In this document: positions 1-13,490 of the stretch, one piece after another
How positions within the stretch are numbered: position 1 is the first letter of the stretch
Layout of the letters: the number at the start of each line of letters is the position of its first letter
DNA from: Chiloscyllium plagiosum
Lineage: Eukaryota
Length of the DNA stretch: 64,000 nucleotides
Assembly (NCBI RefSeq): GCF_004010195.1
Contig: NC_057719.1
Location: 33,644,767 to 33,708,766 of the forward strand
Direction of reading: 5' to 3'
Notes under the pieces: generated by a model
Seen by the model: the letters and a program-made list of their open reading frames with translations, nothing else
What the model was told of the DNA's origin: nothing
The model's database searches: none
Position numbers and translations under genes: made by a program

Positions 1-16
1 CGCTATGGAATCTTCA

Positions 17-164
17 TTAGATTAGATTAGATTACTTACAGTGTGGAAACAGGCCCTTCGGCCCAACAAGTCCACACCGCCCCGCCGAAGCGCAACCCAC
101 CCATACCCCTACATTTTTCCCTTGCCTAACACTACGGGCAATTTAGCATGGCCAATTCACCTGA
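17..164 (-). mobile_element. HE1-type V-SINE, 3' fragment (5'-truncated)
   Basis: Nearly identical to the tail of the full copy at 62264-62565; ends in (TCTAA)n on the minus strand. Confidence 0.85.
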
Positions 165-349
165 ATTCATGATGTAGAGAAAATCCAACACATAAGAATC
201 TAAATCTAAACTCCACAGATGGGTGGTTAGGATTATATTAAAAGTTAAAGTACAAAAATCCAAAACCAGGCATGTAACTATCATGAACCCATTCTCTTCC
301 AATTTTATCAGAGCCGATGACCTTGCATCTGCAGTGTTTCATTTTTGTG

Positions 350-1030
350 TAAGTGTTTGCTGATATTATCTAAATGGATGTCCAGAAGATATTTGATAAG
401 ACTGGATGCAAAAGGCTATTAGTAAAAATGATTAAAATCACAAAATTAGATGTGACATCATGATACACATTGGCAAACCAAAAATAAGGACAAGTGAGGC
501 AAAGAATAGAGATCAAGGATTCATTTTTAGATCAACACAACGTGGCAAGTGATGTTTCCTAGGTACATGCAGTTTGACTTCATATTTTCATCCTATATAT
601 CATTGTTATGGATGAAGGAATAGAGAGTGGTAGATCCCTGTTTTCGGTTGACTTTTCATTAGTTTGATTGAAGAAGCTATGTTGATATGACCTAGAATTT
701 AAAATGAATATAGAGAGAGTATAAAACAATGACAGATGGAATTCAATGGAGGATGTGAGGTCAGTGACTTGCATGCTACGAAAGACAAAAATCAGCATAT
801 TCACCGAATGGCAGTGTAGTCACTTTGGAGGAGCAATGGGATTTAAGTGTCCATGCACCCAAAATTGTATACAAGTGAAAAAATTTATTGAAGATGGAAT
901 GTTGGCTTTTGGGAATTAGAATATAACACAGAGGAACAAATGCTTCAGTTGGATAAAGCTTTATCAGATTATATCTTGTTACAACTGAGACAAGAGAAAT
1001 GTGATGGTAATCATGCCCCAATGCATCATG
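350..1030 (+). mobile_element. old degenerate CR1-like LINE RT fragment
   Basis: Decayed matches to CR1 RT motifs (e.g. gatggaattcaat, gatatttgataag) also seen in the younger copies; many stops. Confidence 0.5.
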
Positions 1031-1673
1031 AATCACAACAATCATGTAAGTATTTTCAATCCATTAATTACTAAAAAGGTGATTTTGGTCCTGCTATGGA
1101 AACAAAACAAAACCTTTCACTAGGATTCTTTAAGCCACTCAAAAATAATCTGTTTTTTTTAATAAACCAATTCTCATTGGCAAAAAGCAAGTGGCAAAAT
1201 TGGTTAACAACTAAATTATAATCTAGAATTAGCACTATATTCCTTTTTCATCCCAGCACAAATTCACTCACACAATACAAAATACAAACTCTACAGGGAT
1301 GATATTTGCAAATGGGGAAAGAAAACACAATTGCCTTTATTGGCTAATGGTCAAAAAAAAAGATAGAATTTGATGAATTCTCATAGTTCATCAGGTTTCA
1401 TGTTACGGGCATTGAATTCTTCACAACCACAGAGTGTGTAATGGAAGATCATATAGGTAAACATTGGGCTTGTATGAAAATTAGGCTAATTCTGGTTAGT
1501 GGTCATAGTTTAGCTTCTCAGGATTTAAAAACTAATCAAAATACCAAGGTGTTGAAACTTTACCAGGTTTCCAAATATTCCAACCAAGACAGAGACTTGC
1601 ATCTTTGAAAGTTTTCTTCATTCTGACTACCCATGTTTTTAAAACAGAACCCAGCACCCAATCTACAGAAATA

Positions 1674-3078
1674 CTCCCAGAAGACAGGAGGATAGCAAAT
1701 GTTGTCCCCTCGTTCAAGGAGTTGAGAAAATCCTGGTAATTATAGACCAGTAAGCCTTAGTTCGGTTGTGGGTAAAGTGTTGGAAAGGATTATAAGAAGT
1801 AGGATTTATAATCATCTTGAAAGAAATGATTTGATTAGGGATAGTCAACACGGTTTTGTGAAGGATAGGTTGTGCCTCACAAACCTTATTGATTTCATTG
1901 AGAAGGGGAGCAAACAGGTGGATGAGGGTAAAGTGGTTGATGTGGTGTATATGATTTGATAACGTTCCCCATGGTAGGCTCTTGCAGAAAATACAGAGGC
2001 ATGGGATTGAGGAAGATTTAATGGTTTGGATCAAAAATTGGCTAGCTGAAAGAAGGCAGAGGGTGGTGGTTGATGGAAAATGTTTATCCTGGAGTTCAGT
2101 TACTATGGGGTACCACAAGGATCTGTTTTGGGGCCATTGCTGTTTGTCATTTTTATAAGTGACCTGGATAAGGGCATAGAAGGATGGGTTAGTTAATTTG
2201 CAGATGATACTAAGGTTGGTGGAGTTATGGACAGTGCTGAAGGATGTTGCAGGTTACAGAAGGACATAGCTAAGCTGCAGAACTGGGCTGAGAGGTGGCA
2301 AATGGAGTTTAATGTGGAAAAGTGTGAGGTGATTCACTTTGGATGGATTAACAGGAATACACAGTACTGGGCTAATGATAAGATTCTTGGTAGTGTGAAT
2401 GAACAGAGAGATCTTGGTGTCCATGTACGTAGATCTCTGAAAGTTGCCACCCAGGTTGATATGGTTGTTAAGAAGGCACACAGTGTGTTAGGTTTTGTTG
2501 GAAGACGGATTTAGTTTCAGAACCAGGAAGTCGTGTTGCAGCTGTACAAAATTCTGGCGCGGCCGCACTTAGAGTATTGCATACAGTTCTGGTTACTGCA
2601 TTATAGGAAGGATGTGGAAGCATTGGAATGGGTGCAGAGGAGATTTACTAGGATGTTGCCTAGTATGGTGGGAAGGTCTTATGAGGAAAGCCTGAGGGAC
2701 TCGAGGCTTTTTTGTTAGAGTGAGAAGGTTGAGAGGTGACTTAATAGAGACATACAAGATGATCAGAGGATTAGATAGGGTGGACAGTAAAAGACTCTTT
2801 TCCTTGATTGGAGATGGCTGTCACGAGGGGACACGGCTTTAAACTGAGGGGTGATAGACATAGGACAGATGTCAGAGGTAGGTTCTTTACTCAAGAGAGT
2901 AGTAAGGGTGTGGAATGCCCTGCCTGCAACAGTCGTAGACTCACCAACTCTAAGGGCATTGAAATAGTCATGGAATAAACATATGGATGATAATGGAATA
3001 GTGTGAGCTTCAGATTGGTTACACAGGTCAGTGCAACATCAAAGGCTGAAGGGCCTGTACTGCGCTGTAATATTCTAT
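1674..3078 (+). mobile_element. CR1 (HER1-like) LINE, 5'-truncated, RT domain plus 3' UTR, disrupted
   Basis: ORF pieces SQHGFVKDRLCLTNL, FADDTKVG, WQMEFNVEKCEVIHFG, RPHLEYCIQFW; 3' tail gggcctgtactgcgctgtaatattctatg. Confidence 0.92.
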
Positions 3079-3099
3079 GTGTGTGTGTGTGTTTCCAGT

Positions 3100-3520
3100 A
3101 ATCTGTAACAATGCATTCAGGTTTGTCCACTAAACTTCAGTAAAGATATGTTGGCCTTGTAAATGATGTAGCGTAATAATACTAGAACTTAAAAGAATCA
3201 ACAAACAAGGCCAGATTGCATATATTTGGCTTCGAATTCTCTCAGATTAGAAGGTTGAGATGTGATCTATAATAGATTTGCTTAAAATAATAAATAGTAA
3301 TGCAGAGTGAACAAAGAATAACTGTTAGTAGAGGATCAAGAGAATAAAATCTTAAGCTAGTGCTGATCAGAATGAAGCTGGAAAGCATGCTTTGCCCTGT
3401 ACGAAGTAATGGAAATCTGGAAGTCTCCTTGCTCCCAAGAGGCTGTGAGTGCACAGACAAATGGAATTTTCAAGATTTAGATTCTTGTTGGGTAAGAACA
3501 TCATGGGCATGGAAGAAAGA
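3100..3520 (+). mobile_element. old CR1-like 3' fragment
   Basis: agaaggttgagatgtgatctataatag resembles the RRLRGDLIE region; highly diverged. Confidence 0.45.
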
Positions 3521-3624
3521 TAAGGGGATGATTTGGATTTTAATTCTCACCAAGCAATTGACAGTGAGTAAAGTAGTGCAACCATTCTGCTGACCACAGA
3601 GTAATACATAACAAACCTTACTGA

Positions 3625-3812
3625 AATAAAAACCAAAGTACAGTGGATGCTGAAATAAAAACAGAAAGTTCCTTTTAAACTTTACAGTAATTGTGAAGAC
3701 AGAAATAGAGTTAATATTTTGAATCCAATATGACTCAAAATATTAATTCTGCTTCTCTCTCTTCAGACGCTGCCAGACCGCCTGAATTTCTTCAGTGTTT
3801 TCAGTTGCTATT
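3625..3812. mobile_element. old Penelope-derived pLTR inverted-repeat element (degenerate)
   Basis: Imperfect inverted repeat (gagttaatattttga / tcaaaatattaattc) plus a gacgctgccagaccgcctgaatttcttcag tail resembling the PLE pLTR copies. Confidence 0.45.
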
Positions 3813-4830
3813 TAAAACCCTATTGATGAGTGGTTCCACCAATCAGAACATCAAATTTATTTCTCTGCCAACCCATGCAGGTTATGCTACTCTTCTTTGT
3901 GTATCCTACCACATTCAAGATAAATGGAATAAATACTTCATCAAACATTTACGCAAAAGGTGAACATGAGATTATGGTGATACATAATAGTAGCTTTCAA
4001 CCACAGCTTGGATGATGCATTCAAAACCTGAATAGTATGTGTTTAACTGCCAAAACTCTGTATCAATTAGAAATTCAATTTGGAACTCATTCGTTGAGTA
4101 TGCGATCCACATTGATGCCAGAATAACTACAAGAGTGTGTTTACAGTGTCTGCACTCCAATTATTGATCAATGTGTTTGCATACCACTACCTCAATAACA
4201 ATTGCAGGTAAGACAACATAAAATACAGTCAGTGTGAAAACAAGAATTGAATGCAAAATAGATGCAGTGGCAGCTTGGTTACAAAGTTGGCCAAGGGTCA
4301 AAAAAATCAGTGTGTAGTAATGAACAGTTGCTTCTCACTTTGGAAGGAACTATACTGTGGTTTTTCCCAGCAACTGTAGTAAGCTCATTGTTCTTTTTTT
4401 ATTTATATAGATGACCAGGAATTGGGTGTTAAAGGTATAATTTTTAGATATTTAAGATGATGACTTGGAAATGTAATAAACATTTGAAAAGACATAGACA
4501 GATGAAATAGGCAAATGGATGTGAAATTACATTTAATGCAGATAATATTTTGGTAGGAAAAGCAAGAACAAGCACTATGAATGAATTAATACAATTTTTG
4601 ACATGCTGCAAGAAAAGCGAAAGCTGAAAGTGTAAGTAGACAAATCCTCAAATGTGTTGGGATCAGATGAGAAGTGTGTTACAAAACAGATGGGATCCTT
4701 GGCTTTATTAACAAAGTCACAAAGTACATAAGTAGGTAAGTTATATTAAACCTTTATAAAACACCAGTCAGGATTCAATTGGAGTATTGTGTTCAATCCT
4801 GTGCACTACTCTTTAGGAAGGATGTTAAGG

Positions 4831-4968
4831 CTGTATTCCTGATGAAGGGCTTTTGCCCGAAACGTCGATTTTACTACTCCTTGGTTGCTGCCTGAACTGC
4901 TGCGCTTTTCCAGAACCATTAATCCAGAATCTGGTTTCCAGCATCTGCAGTCATTGTTTTTATCTAGA
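4831..4968 (+). mobile_element. Penelope-derived solo pLTR (family 1a) with minimal hammerhead motif
   Basis: Core ctgatga-a-gggc-tttt-gccc-gaaa-cg-tc at 4839-4866; direct repeat atgttaagg at 4822-4830 and 4969-4977. Confidence 0.85.
4839..4866 (+). ncRNA. minimal hammerhead ribozyme motif
   Basis: CUGAUGA, 4-bp stem II, GAAA, palindromic ACGU, GUC cleavage triplet. Confidence 0.75.
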
Positions 4969-7461
4969 ATGTTAAGGGAGATTGACATAAATGGTACCAG
5001 GGATGAAAGATTTCAGGAACATGGAGAGACTGGAGACATGAGTGTTGTGTTTATATGAGCTGAGAAAATTGAAAGGAGACTTGATAAAGAGGTGCAAAAT
5101 CATTCAAGATTCTGATGAGTAAATCCAAAGAAACTGCTTCCAGTAGTAAAGGGACAGGAACAACAGGGAGGTATAAATTAAAGGTGACTGGCAAAGTAAA
5201 CAGAGGTGGTATGGGGAAACTTCTGCTATTACAAATTGGAATATTGTGAAATGGAATACATTGTTTGAAAAGGTGAAAGGAACTAGATTCACAAACATTC
5301 AAAAGGGAATTATAATGGACAAAATATTTAAAAAATAGAATTAAACAGCTATATCTACCAAACATGATATACCAACACAGATATGATGGGGTGAAAAGCC
5401 TTCTCCTATATCATTTTGTCATTCTGGGCAGTGGTACATTTACTTATTTAATGTATAAATATTATAAATCAGTTAAAGGGGAAAAACATTAATTCATTCC
5501 TCTTTTTAATTTTTCTTAATCTCTCTACATAAATTACAAGTTTTCACATTCTTTTCTTATGATTTCTTTTGCCTCTTACCCCTGTTTAATGCTGCTGTAA
5601 TAAAACATTACAAATTCATGGTACCCTATTCCTTATTAATATGCCTGAAAAGTGTATATTTTCAATGGCTCTGGCTCAGTGAAGTGTTCTTACTTCAATC
5701 AGTTAGTTGGAAGTTCAAGTAGACTTAACTACATAAACCTGGACTTTTAGGACACAGCGAACCACCTTCCATTTCTCCCTTCCTCCCCATTCCAACCATG
5801 AGGGAATGCTATGCTGACTTCCCTGCTGATATTTATTGTTCAGCAGGATGATGGACATTTATCTAAGGGTGAAACTTCCAATTCCACTTGGGATGAAGAC
5901 CCTTCTTAGACAGCTGCCAGTCAATCTAATGAGCTGGCAGGTTTACAGTCCCAGCAGCACCAGGTTGCAGCAGTCAAGGAGATAATGGAGACCAGAATTT
6001 GTGCAAGTACAGGGTATCGGTGTAGCCTAGTTTCAGGTCACAGCAACAGGATAAGGGGCTAGTGTCTAGGTTTGAGAGAATGGGGAAGGACTAAACGGGG
6101 TTATCTCAAATGGGCACAGGGATTCCAAAAGAAAGTTAGCCCCCACTTCATTGCCTGACCCCTGCTCACTCAGTAGGGTCTACCCAGGCCACAGATAAAT
6201 TAGTGGTGGAGGTGGAATAAAGCACTGAAGTGGCTATTATTTGGTCACCTAAGGGCCTCAACTGGCCCAAAGGTGGGTGAGCCACATGACAACTCTATTA
6301 CCCGCTTATACAATGGAAGGAAAGATGGATGGGTGGTATGTGGCACGCTGTCTGTATTCTGTACCATTGGAGCCTCCCTCCTTCCAGCCTATAAGCAAGG
6401 TCTGTAAGATTTCAGCCATAATCTAAGTAAACACTTCACTACAATACTGATGAAGTGTTGTATTACCATAGATGCATTAAAATCAAGGTCCACCCTCACT
6501 TTCACTTCCTATGGACTTGATCCATCGAAACAGCAACAATCAGTAAATGAGATTATGTAGTCATTAAAATGTTGATACGTGAAAAATCTTTGGCTGTATT
6601 TTGCTAAGCTGCAACAGAAAGATATCAAATAATTTCCCTTGCAATTAATGTACGGGGCATATGATTTGCATAAAGCTACTTAAATGGAAGTTCTTCTGTT
6701 CATTTATAACTTGAAATCCAGTTGTAGAAATGGAGTTGGAATGATTAGTTTCAATATAGAACTCTCATGAGTACAATCACAGTGAGTGAGATGATGTCTT
6801 TCTACACAGAAATTTTCACGACCTTCTATAGATAGTGGCATTTACAAGGGATTATATTGGAGCTTCAATGGCATCAATAGCTTCAATATAATGAAGGAAC
6901 AATAAATTGTTCAATTAATTGAATTTCCCATTTATGATACTGAATAACATTTGGATAAATTAAATCCACAACTAACCTCTGCAAAACAGACTCACTCAAA
7001 TTATTGCATATATTCGTCTGGATTTTGTGATAGTATTGATGACAGTAATGATGGTGTTCATCATCATTACATCACTGAAATTGACAATAATTTCTGGAGT
7101 CTGCAAAAGTGCAGTTAAATATGGCAATCCAAAACTGTCAGTGATTCTATGCTTTTCCATAGGGTTGAAGTCCCCACAGTTATGTTCAGTTAAATATCAC
7201 TGAGCTAATCAGTAAAAACCCTTCTAAAAGTTATACCATGTTAAATGAGGTGGGTTTTTAATGGCATATTCAGTTTATAACTACTGCTGCACAATTTTTC
7301 TGACCTTGAAAAGTAATCTAGTGTCTGTGCCTCTGGACAATTCAGGATGGACAACAGGTGGTGACCCAGCCAGCAATGCACATATACCATAAATGAGAAG
7401 AAAAACTTTTTTATTGTGACAGATAATACAGAGAAAATCAAGGGCAAGCTAGATGGGCCTT

Positions 7462-9685
7462 GAATCATAGAGTTATAGAGATGTACAGCACAGAAACAGA
7501 TCTCTCGGTCCAACTCATCCATGCTGACCAGATATCTTTAATTAATGTAGTCCCATTTGCCAGCATTTGGCCCAAATCCATTTAAAACCTTCTCACTTGT
7601 ACTCATTCAGATACCTTTTAAACATTGTAATTGTACCAGCCTCCACCTCTTCCTCTGGCAGCTCATTCTATACACGCACTACCCTCTGTGTGAACAAGTT
7701 GCCCTAAGGTCTCTTTTAAATTTTTCCCCTTTCACCTTAAACCTATGTGCTTTAATTTTGTACTCCCTATTCTGGGGGAAAGACCTTGGCTATTCACCTT
7801 AGCCATGCCCCTCGTGATTTTATAAACCTTTATAAGGTCATCCCTCAGCATCCAATGTTCCACTGAAAACAGCTCCAGCCTATTCAGTTTTTCCCTACAG
7901 TTCAAAAACATGTACCCTGGCACATCCATGTAAATATTTTCAGAACCCTTTCAAGTTTCATGACATCTTTCCCATATCAGAGAGACCAGAACTGAACACG
8001 GTATTCCAAAAGTGGCCTAACTAATGCCTTGTACAGCCGCAACATGATCTCCCAACTCCTGTACTCTTTGCACTGACAAATAAAGGCAAGCATACCAAAC
8101 CCCTTCTTCACTATCCTATCTATCTGTGACTCCACTTTTAAGGACCTCAGGTCTCTTTGTTCGGCAACATTCCCCAGGACCTTACCATTAAGTATATATA
8201 AGTCTTGCCCTGATTTGCCTTTCCAAAATGTAGCACCTCTCATTTATCTAAATTATACTCCACTTGCCACTCCTCAGTGCATTGTCCCATCTGATCAAGA
8301 TCCTGTTGTATTCTGAGGTAAATCTTTTCACTGTCCTCTACACCACCAATTTCGGTGTTATCTACAAAATTACTAACCATACTTCCTATATTCACATCCA
8401 AATTATTTATATAAAAGCCAAAAAATAATGAACCCAGCACCGATTCTTGTGGCATACCACTGGTCACAAACTTCCAGTTCAAAAAGCAACCCACCACTAC
8501 TGCCCTGGTTCTTCAACCTATGAGCCAGTTCTCGTGGTCTAATTGGCTAGTATTCCCTGTATTCCATGTGATATAACCTTGTTAACCAGTTGACCTTGCG
8601 AACCTTGTCGAACACCTTACTGAAGTTCATATAGATCACGTCCACCACTCTGCCTTAAACAATCCTCTTTGTTATTTCTTCAAAAAATTTATGTTAGTGA
8701 GATATGATTTCCCATGCACAAAGCCATGCACTATCCCTAATCAGCCCTTGTCTTTCCAAATACATGTAAATCCTATCCCTCAGAATCTCCTCCAATAACT
8801 TGCCCACCAACGATGTCAGGCTCCTCAGTTTTCCCTGGCACTTCCTTACCACTTTTTAAAAAAATGGTACCATATTAGCCACCTCCAATCTTCCAGCATC
8901 TTACTTGTGGCTAGCAACGATACAAAAATCTCAGCAAGGTGCCCAGCAATCACTTGCCCATCTTCCAACAAAGTTCTAGGTTACAGTTGATCAGATCCCG
9001 GAGATTAAAATGCATAAAGGTGCATAAAAGCATTTTAGGACATCCAGCACCTCTTCCTCTGTAATCTGGACACTTTTCAAGATCTTGCTATTTATTTCCC
9101 CAAGTTCTCTAGCTTCGGTACCTTTTCCATTGTAAACACTGATGCAAAATACTCATTCAGTATGTCCTTCATCTCCTGTATTTCCTCAAAAAAGCAACCT
9201 TGCTGATATTTAAGGAGACCTATTCTCTCCTTTGTTACTCTTTTGTCCTTAGTGTATTTGTACAATCCTTTTGAATTCTCCTTAACCCTACTTGCCAAAG
9301 CTATCTCATGTCACCTTTTTGCCCTCCTGATTTCCCCCTTAAGTATAACTACCTTTATACTTTTCTAGGGACTCGCTCGATCCCTGGTGTCTATACCTGA
9401 CATTTGCTGCTTTTTTGATCAAAACCATAATTTCTCTAGTCATCCAGCATTCCCTACACCTACCAGCCTTACCCTTCACCCTAACAAGAACATATTGTCT
9501 CTAGACCTTTGTTATCTCATTTTTGAACGCTTCCCATTTTCCAGCCATCCCTTTACCTCCGAATTACCTGGCCCAACCAACTCCTGGAAGTTCTTGCCTA
9601 ATACCATCAAAATTGGTCTTCCTCCAATTTAGAACTTTAATTTTGAGATTAGGTCCATCATTTTCCATCAGATTTTAAAACTAAA
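7462..9685 (-). mobile_element. CR1 LINE, 5'-truncated, disrupted ORF2
   Basis: Minus-strand ORF pieces VRPLLEYRVQFWS, VTSGMPQESVLGSL, LRDDLIKVYKI; 3' tail (CTATGA/CTCTAT)n at the left end. Confidence 0.92.
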
Positions 9686-11352
9686 TAGAAAAAAGAACCA
9701 AAGAGTATGCGGAAGGAGATAGATAATGAAGTGTAGATGGTTCATGTCGAGCACAAAAGCCTGAATGGATTGCAGTAATTCTATGTCATGGCCAGCAATT
9801 CAATGTAATTTATGGCAATCCACAAAAATCTTCAACTCCTCCTATTACAGCATCTAATTGGTTTAGAAAGAAATGTGAGATTTTTTTTGTCATTGCTACT
9901 GAACCTTAACTTCAGGTTTGTGCTGAACTTCGTGAAATGCAAACATTTATATTCATCTTTTATTAGTCTGAACTTTTAGCCTTTGTCCTACATATTAAAT
10001 TTTATGTTAATTCATCACAATCATCTTTCCTGTACAATTAACTATTTTAAATACCTCCACTTCCAGCTGTTAACTAAAAATAGAATGTCAAATATGGGTT
10101 ACAGCAGTTGGAATGAATGTCTGTCTCTTCCTCTCTTTGTACTTTTTAAAGCAAAATAAAATTCAAAGTTTGGACTCATTCTTTGTATTCCTACTACAAA
10201 TGCATAAACTGCACTGAAATATTGCAATATTGTAAACAGTCATTGAAAATGAATCAGTTTGGTGGATGAAAGAAGGATGAGCATCTCTAAAAGTTATCCA
10301 GAAGCAAAACTATGAGGTTGCCCCTGATTCAATCAGTCCAGTTGCTCGCTTGAATTCGTAACTCATTTTAGTGGAATATACGCTTCCAACTGGACTGACT
10401 TTGTCGATCTTGCAGGGGGTTTAGGCAGTGACCAATTTCAGAATCCTGCCACTAAGTATATGCAATTTGTGGGCAGAGTCAATTTCCATAAAAGCAAAGC
10501 AAATTTCCAATAGATGAGTTACTTGAGCTGAAACAAAAAAATACAGCCCTGGTTGTATGGCTGATAAATTTAAATTTTGTTTTGGCTTTGTTTTAGAACA
10601 GATAAGATTAACAGTAGCCGAATTATCTGTTTTCCAACGCCCACTGACAGTAAATTCTGATCCTGATAATTTTAGTAATGCGGAATTGTCACTTTAACTG
10701 ACCGCCTTCGTCTTTAATATATTCGATCTACGATCCAAGTAGAGAAGCCGCTGGCCTTAACAAAAACGATTCTCACTTCTGCATCTAGAATAATCCGTAC
10801 ATGTACCAACATCTGAACTGCTCTACATTGAATATTTCTCTCTGTATAAACAAGTTCAGCACTCTGCTCTCTTGTACAAATCACTTGTGCTTACGACTCC
10901 CGATCCGGGCATTTTTGGCAGTCAGTCACAAAGCAAGGGGGTCTACGGGAAACCTGCAAGACTTAGACAGCCAATTACTTCGCTATTAATCATTTCACGG
11001 ATTATTTTTAACATTATAATACGGTGTGTTTAGCTACTTATGTTGCATGGGGTGGGAGTGGGGTGCGGGCACACAACAGAAACTGACATTTACAAGTGTT
11101 GCGAATAATTTGATTTCCCTCGAATCCTGCAATAGTGATTGATCACCAGGGGACAGGCCTGTCAGTTTCACTCGTGAAATTAACATAACTACTGACAGCT
11201 CGCTGCTGAACTCACGCGTGCCAGCAGTTGGTGACTGGCCAGAACCTGGAAGGTTCGGATGTTAAAATCCACCGTCTCATTGAGCAAATTTACAGCGCCG
11301 TCGGTAGGAAGGGCGCCCGACAATTTGTTTTTGACAAGGGATTGAACTCGGA

Positions 11353-11441
11353 GGAGTGGTGGTGGTGGTGATGAGGAGCGGGGGAGGGGGAGGGGGGGGG
11401 GTGGAGGGGGGGGGGTGGGGGTGGTGGTGGAGGGGATGGGG
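11353..11441 (+). repeat. G-rich low-complexity tract, G-quadruplex potential
   Basis: More than 7 runs of GGGG or longer with 1-3 nt spacers. Confidence 0.8.
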
Positions 11442-11691
11442 TCCAAGGGACTAATGGGTGAGTCAGCCGAGCCCATTGATCGCTTCACAATGGGACCTCT
11501 GCAACCATCCATATCGGAACCAATTCCCCGACATCCATCTGGCTATTCAGCACAGGTTCCGCGCAATTGTTAACATGCCGGCTGCAGAATCGGCTTGGGT
11601 GAATATACTCGCATTTCCGCTCGGCGAACCACCTTCCTTTTAACCCCCTGCTTTCGGAATCAAAAACAAAACAAGCCTGTGGTCGACTCAC

Positions 11692-11727
11692 TTGGAGCCT
11701 GGCTGATGCCATCGCTGTCGCATCCAT
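11692..11727 (-). CDS. possible first coding segment MDATAMASARLQ (phase 0), product unknown
   Basis: ATG in good Kozak context (GCAATGG), in-frame stop upstream, open to the donor; the other two frames also have open ATGs, so the frame is uncertain. Confidence 0.3.
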
Positions 11728-11780
11728 TGCCCAGTGTAGGGTTAAACATTATCTAATGTTAAATATTAGACATGCAGGAT
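11692..11780 (-). other. candidate 89-nt internal exon (exon 2) of an unidentified gene
   Basis: Minus strand: cttgac branch-like motif, ttgtctcctgctgcAG acceptor, CAA|GTGAGT donor. Confidence 0.6.
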
Positions 11781-12447
11781 CTGCAGCAGGAGACAATATG
11801 TTGACTGTCAAGGCGACACCTCCATTTCACGGCCTCCGTTTGGAGGGATGGGAAGTGGGAGTGGGGGGGGTAAAGATAATTAAATTCCATGAAACAAATG
11901 GCATCGCTTTTTCAAATCTTTCTCATTTCAAAGTTTAAGAATGCAACAACTCTCCTTGAGAATGAATCGCTGAATGTAGCAGTTACCGAGGCCTCTCTGT
12001 CTCTCTTTGGCAATGCTTTCCTGCCAGGGAAGAAATTACTTCCCTTCACTATCCTTAGCAAAAAAAATCTATGTCGGTTTTATTTGCACAAAGTCCCTCA
12101 ATCCAGTTGGCACAAAGTGCGATGGGAGTAAATAATGGGGAGGTTATTGGTGTTTAACAGTGACCCGCTCTCGGTGGGAGGGAGGGAGCTTGAGATTATT
12201 GCACTTTTCAAGCAAGCTCGAGATCAGAATGTCTCGTTGCCCCGCACTTTTAGTTTGGTGTCAGTTTCCTTTTTTTTTCCAAAAAAGAATTTTCCACACT
12301 TTGGAAACTTGGCGCTTAAACCCCGCGAATCGACCAGAAAAGAGCACCTTGACCAGTAAGCACTCCTCCGTGCCTCCTGTCGGTTTGGGGGCTCAGATTC
12401 TCAAGTTTGAAATCCCCCTTGGAGATAATGAGGTGCAAGTGGCTATT

Positions 12448-12647
12448 ACACACACACACAGACACACACACACAGACACACAGACAGACAGACACACACA
12501 CACAGAGACACACACAGACAGACACACACACAGACAGACACACACAGAGACACACACAGACACACAGAGACACACACACAGACAGACACACACAGACACA
12601 CACACACACAGACACACACACAGACAGACACACACACAGAGACACAC
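12448..12647. repeat. compound (CA)n/(CAGA)n microsatellite, ~200 bp
   Basis: Seen directly; it explains the THTD/VCVC ORFs. Confidence 0.95.
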
Positions 12648-13100
12648 GCTCTATCTGCATGGACACAATTCAGTTTCATATATCCTCAGATACAAGTGTT
12701 CCCACTGCACAACCCTGGTCACATCCAGTGTGTCTGAGTGAGACAGTGCACATATTCCACAGCTGCTCTGATCGCCTTGAAAGCGCTTTATCGGAGCTCC
12801 ACTTTAACGGGCCGGCGATTAAGCGCCGCGGTTTCAGTACTTTGCCATTTGAAGATCCGTGTTTGCATTTACCACAATGAAGTGACTCAGTGCAAACCAA
12901 CACATCAAACGGAATTCTACCTGCTGGAAGGGAAAACACAGACAGAGCTTTCAGGCCAGTGCTACCGGCTCACTTACTGGCTCAACGCGGCGCTAAATTG
13001 CTGCAAGTGTTGAGAAAAACGCCTCCGGCTTACAGTTAAAGGAGGACAATTTGGTACCCATCCCCAGAAAGGGGGAAATCGCTCCCGTTTGCAAACTCAC

Positions 13101-13330
13101 CGTAAACCCCCTGACCCGATACGCTTTCCAGTGCGAGTGTCAGTAGCCACAGCAGCAGACAAGCAAAATCCATCTTCACGTTGCTCTGAACATATCCGTT
13201 CTGTCAGCTCGCTCTGGGTACGGGGGTCCTCCGTTAGCGATGCCCCCTCTGCCAGTCCCGCGGGGGTGGGCGAGCGCAGGAAGACGGCCACACCAGCTCC
13301 CACTGATCGCCTGCTCTGGGCAGCACGGGC
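13101..13330 (-). other. candidate alternative first exon (5' boundary unknown)
   Basis: Strong donor ACG|GTGAGT at 13101/13100 inside the CpG island. Confidence 0.35.
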
Positions 13331-13490
13331 TGGCAGGCGTCGGCGGTTCAAGGCTCCGGGAGCCCGGTCAGAGCTGAGAGCAAAGCCATTGGAAAGCGGT
13401 CCGTCCGGGGAAAACGGGGGCTTTTTGCTGCTGCCCAAAGGGGTTGGGGGGGGGGGGGTGGGAGGGAGAAGAGCTGTCCAAGTAACTCAC

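Larger units (their letters stand above)
4250..5425 (+). mobile_element. old CR1-like LINE fragment hosting a PLE insertion
   Basis: ttggagtattgtgttcaatcctgtgcac (LEYCVQ motif) and other decayed CR1 RT/3' motifs. Confidence 0.6.

Noticed and set aside
5670..6700. Possible old SINE split by a TIR element
   Set aside because: Too degenerate to define ends or family by eye
11745..11770. Overlapping short palindromes in the candidate exon
   Set aside because: AT-rich 6-8 bp stems, too weak to distinguish from chance
12160..12880. Long ORFs rich in THTD or VCVC
   Set aside because: Artefacts of the CA microsatellite
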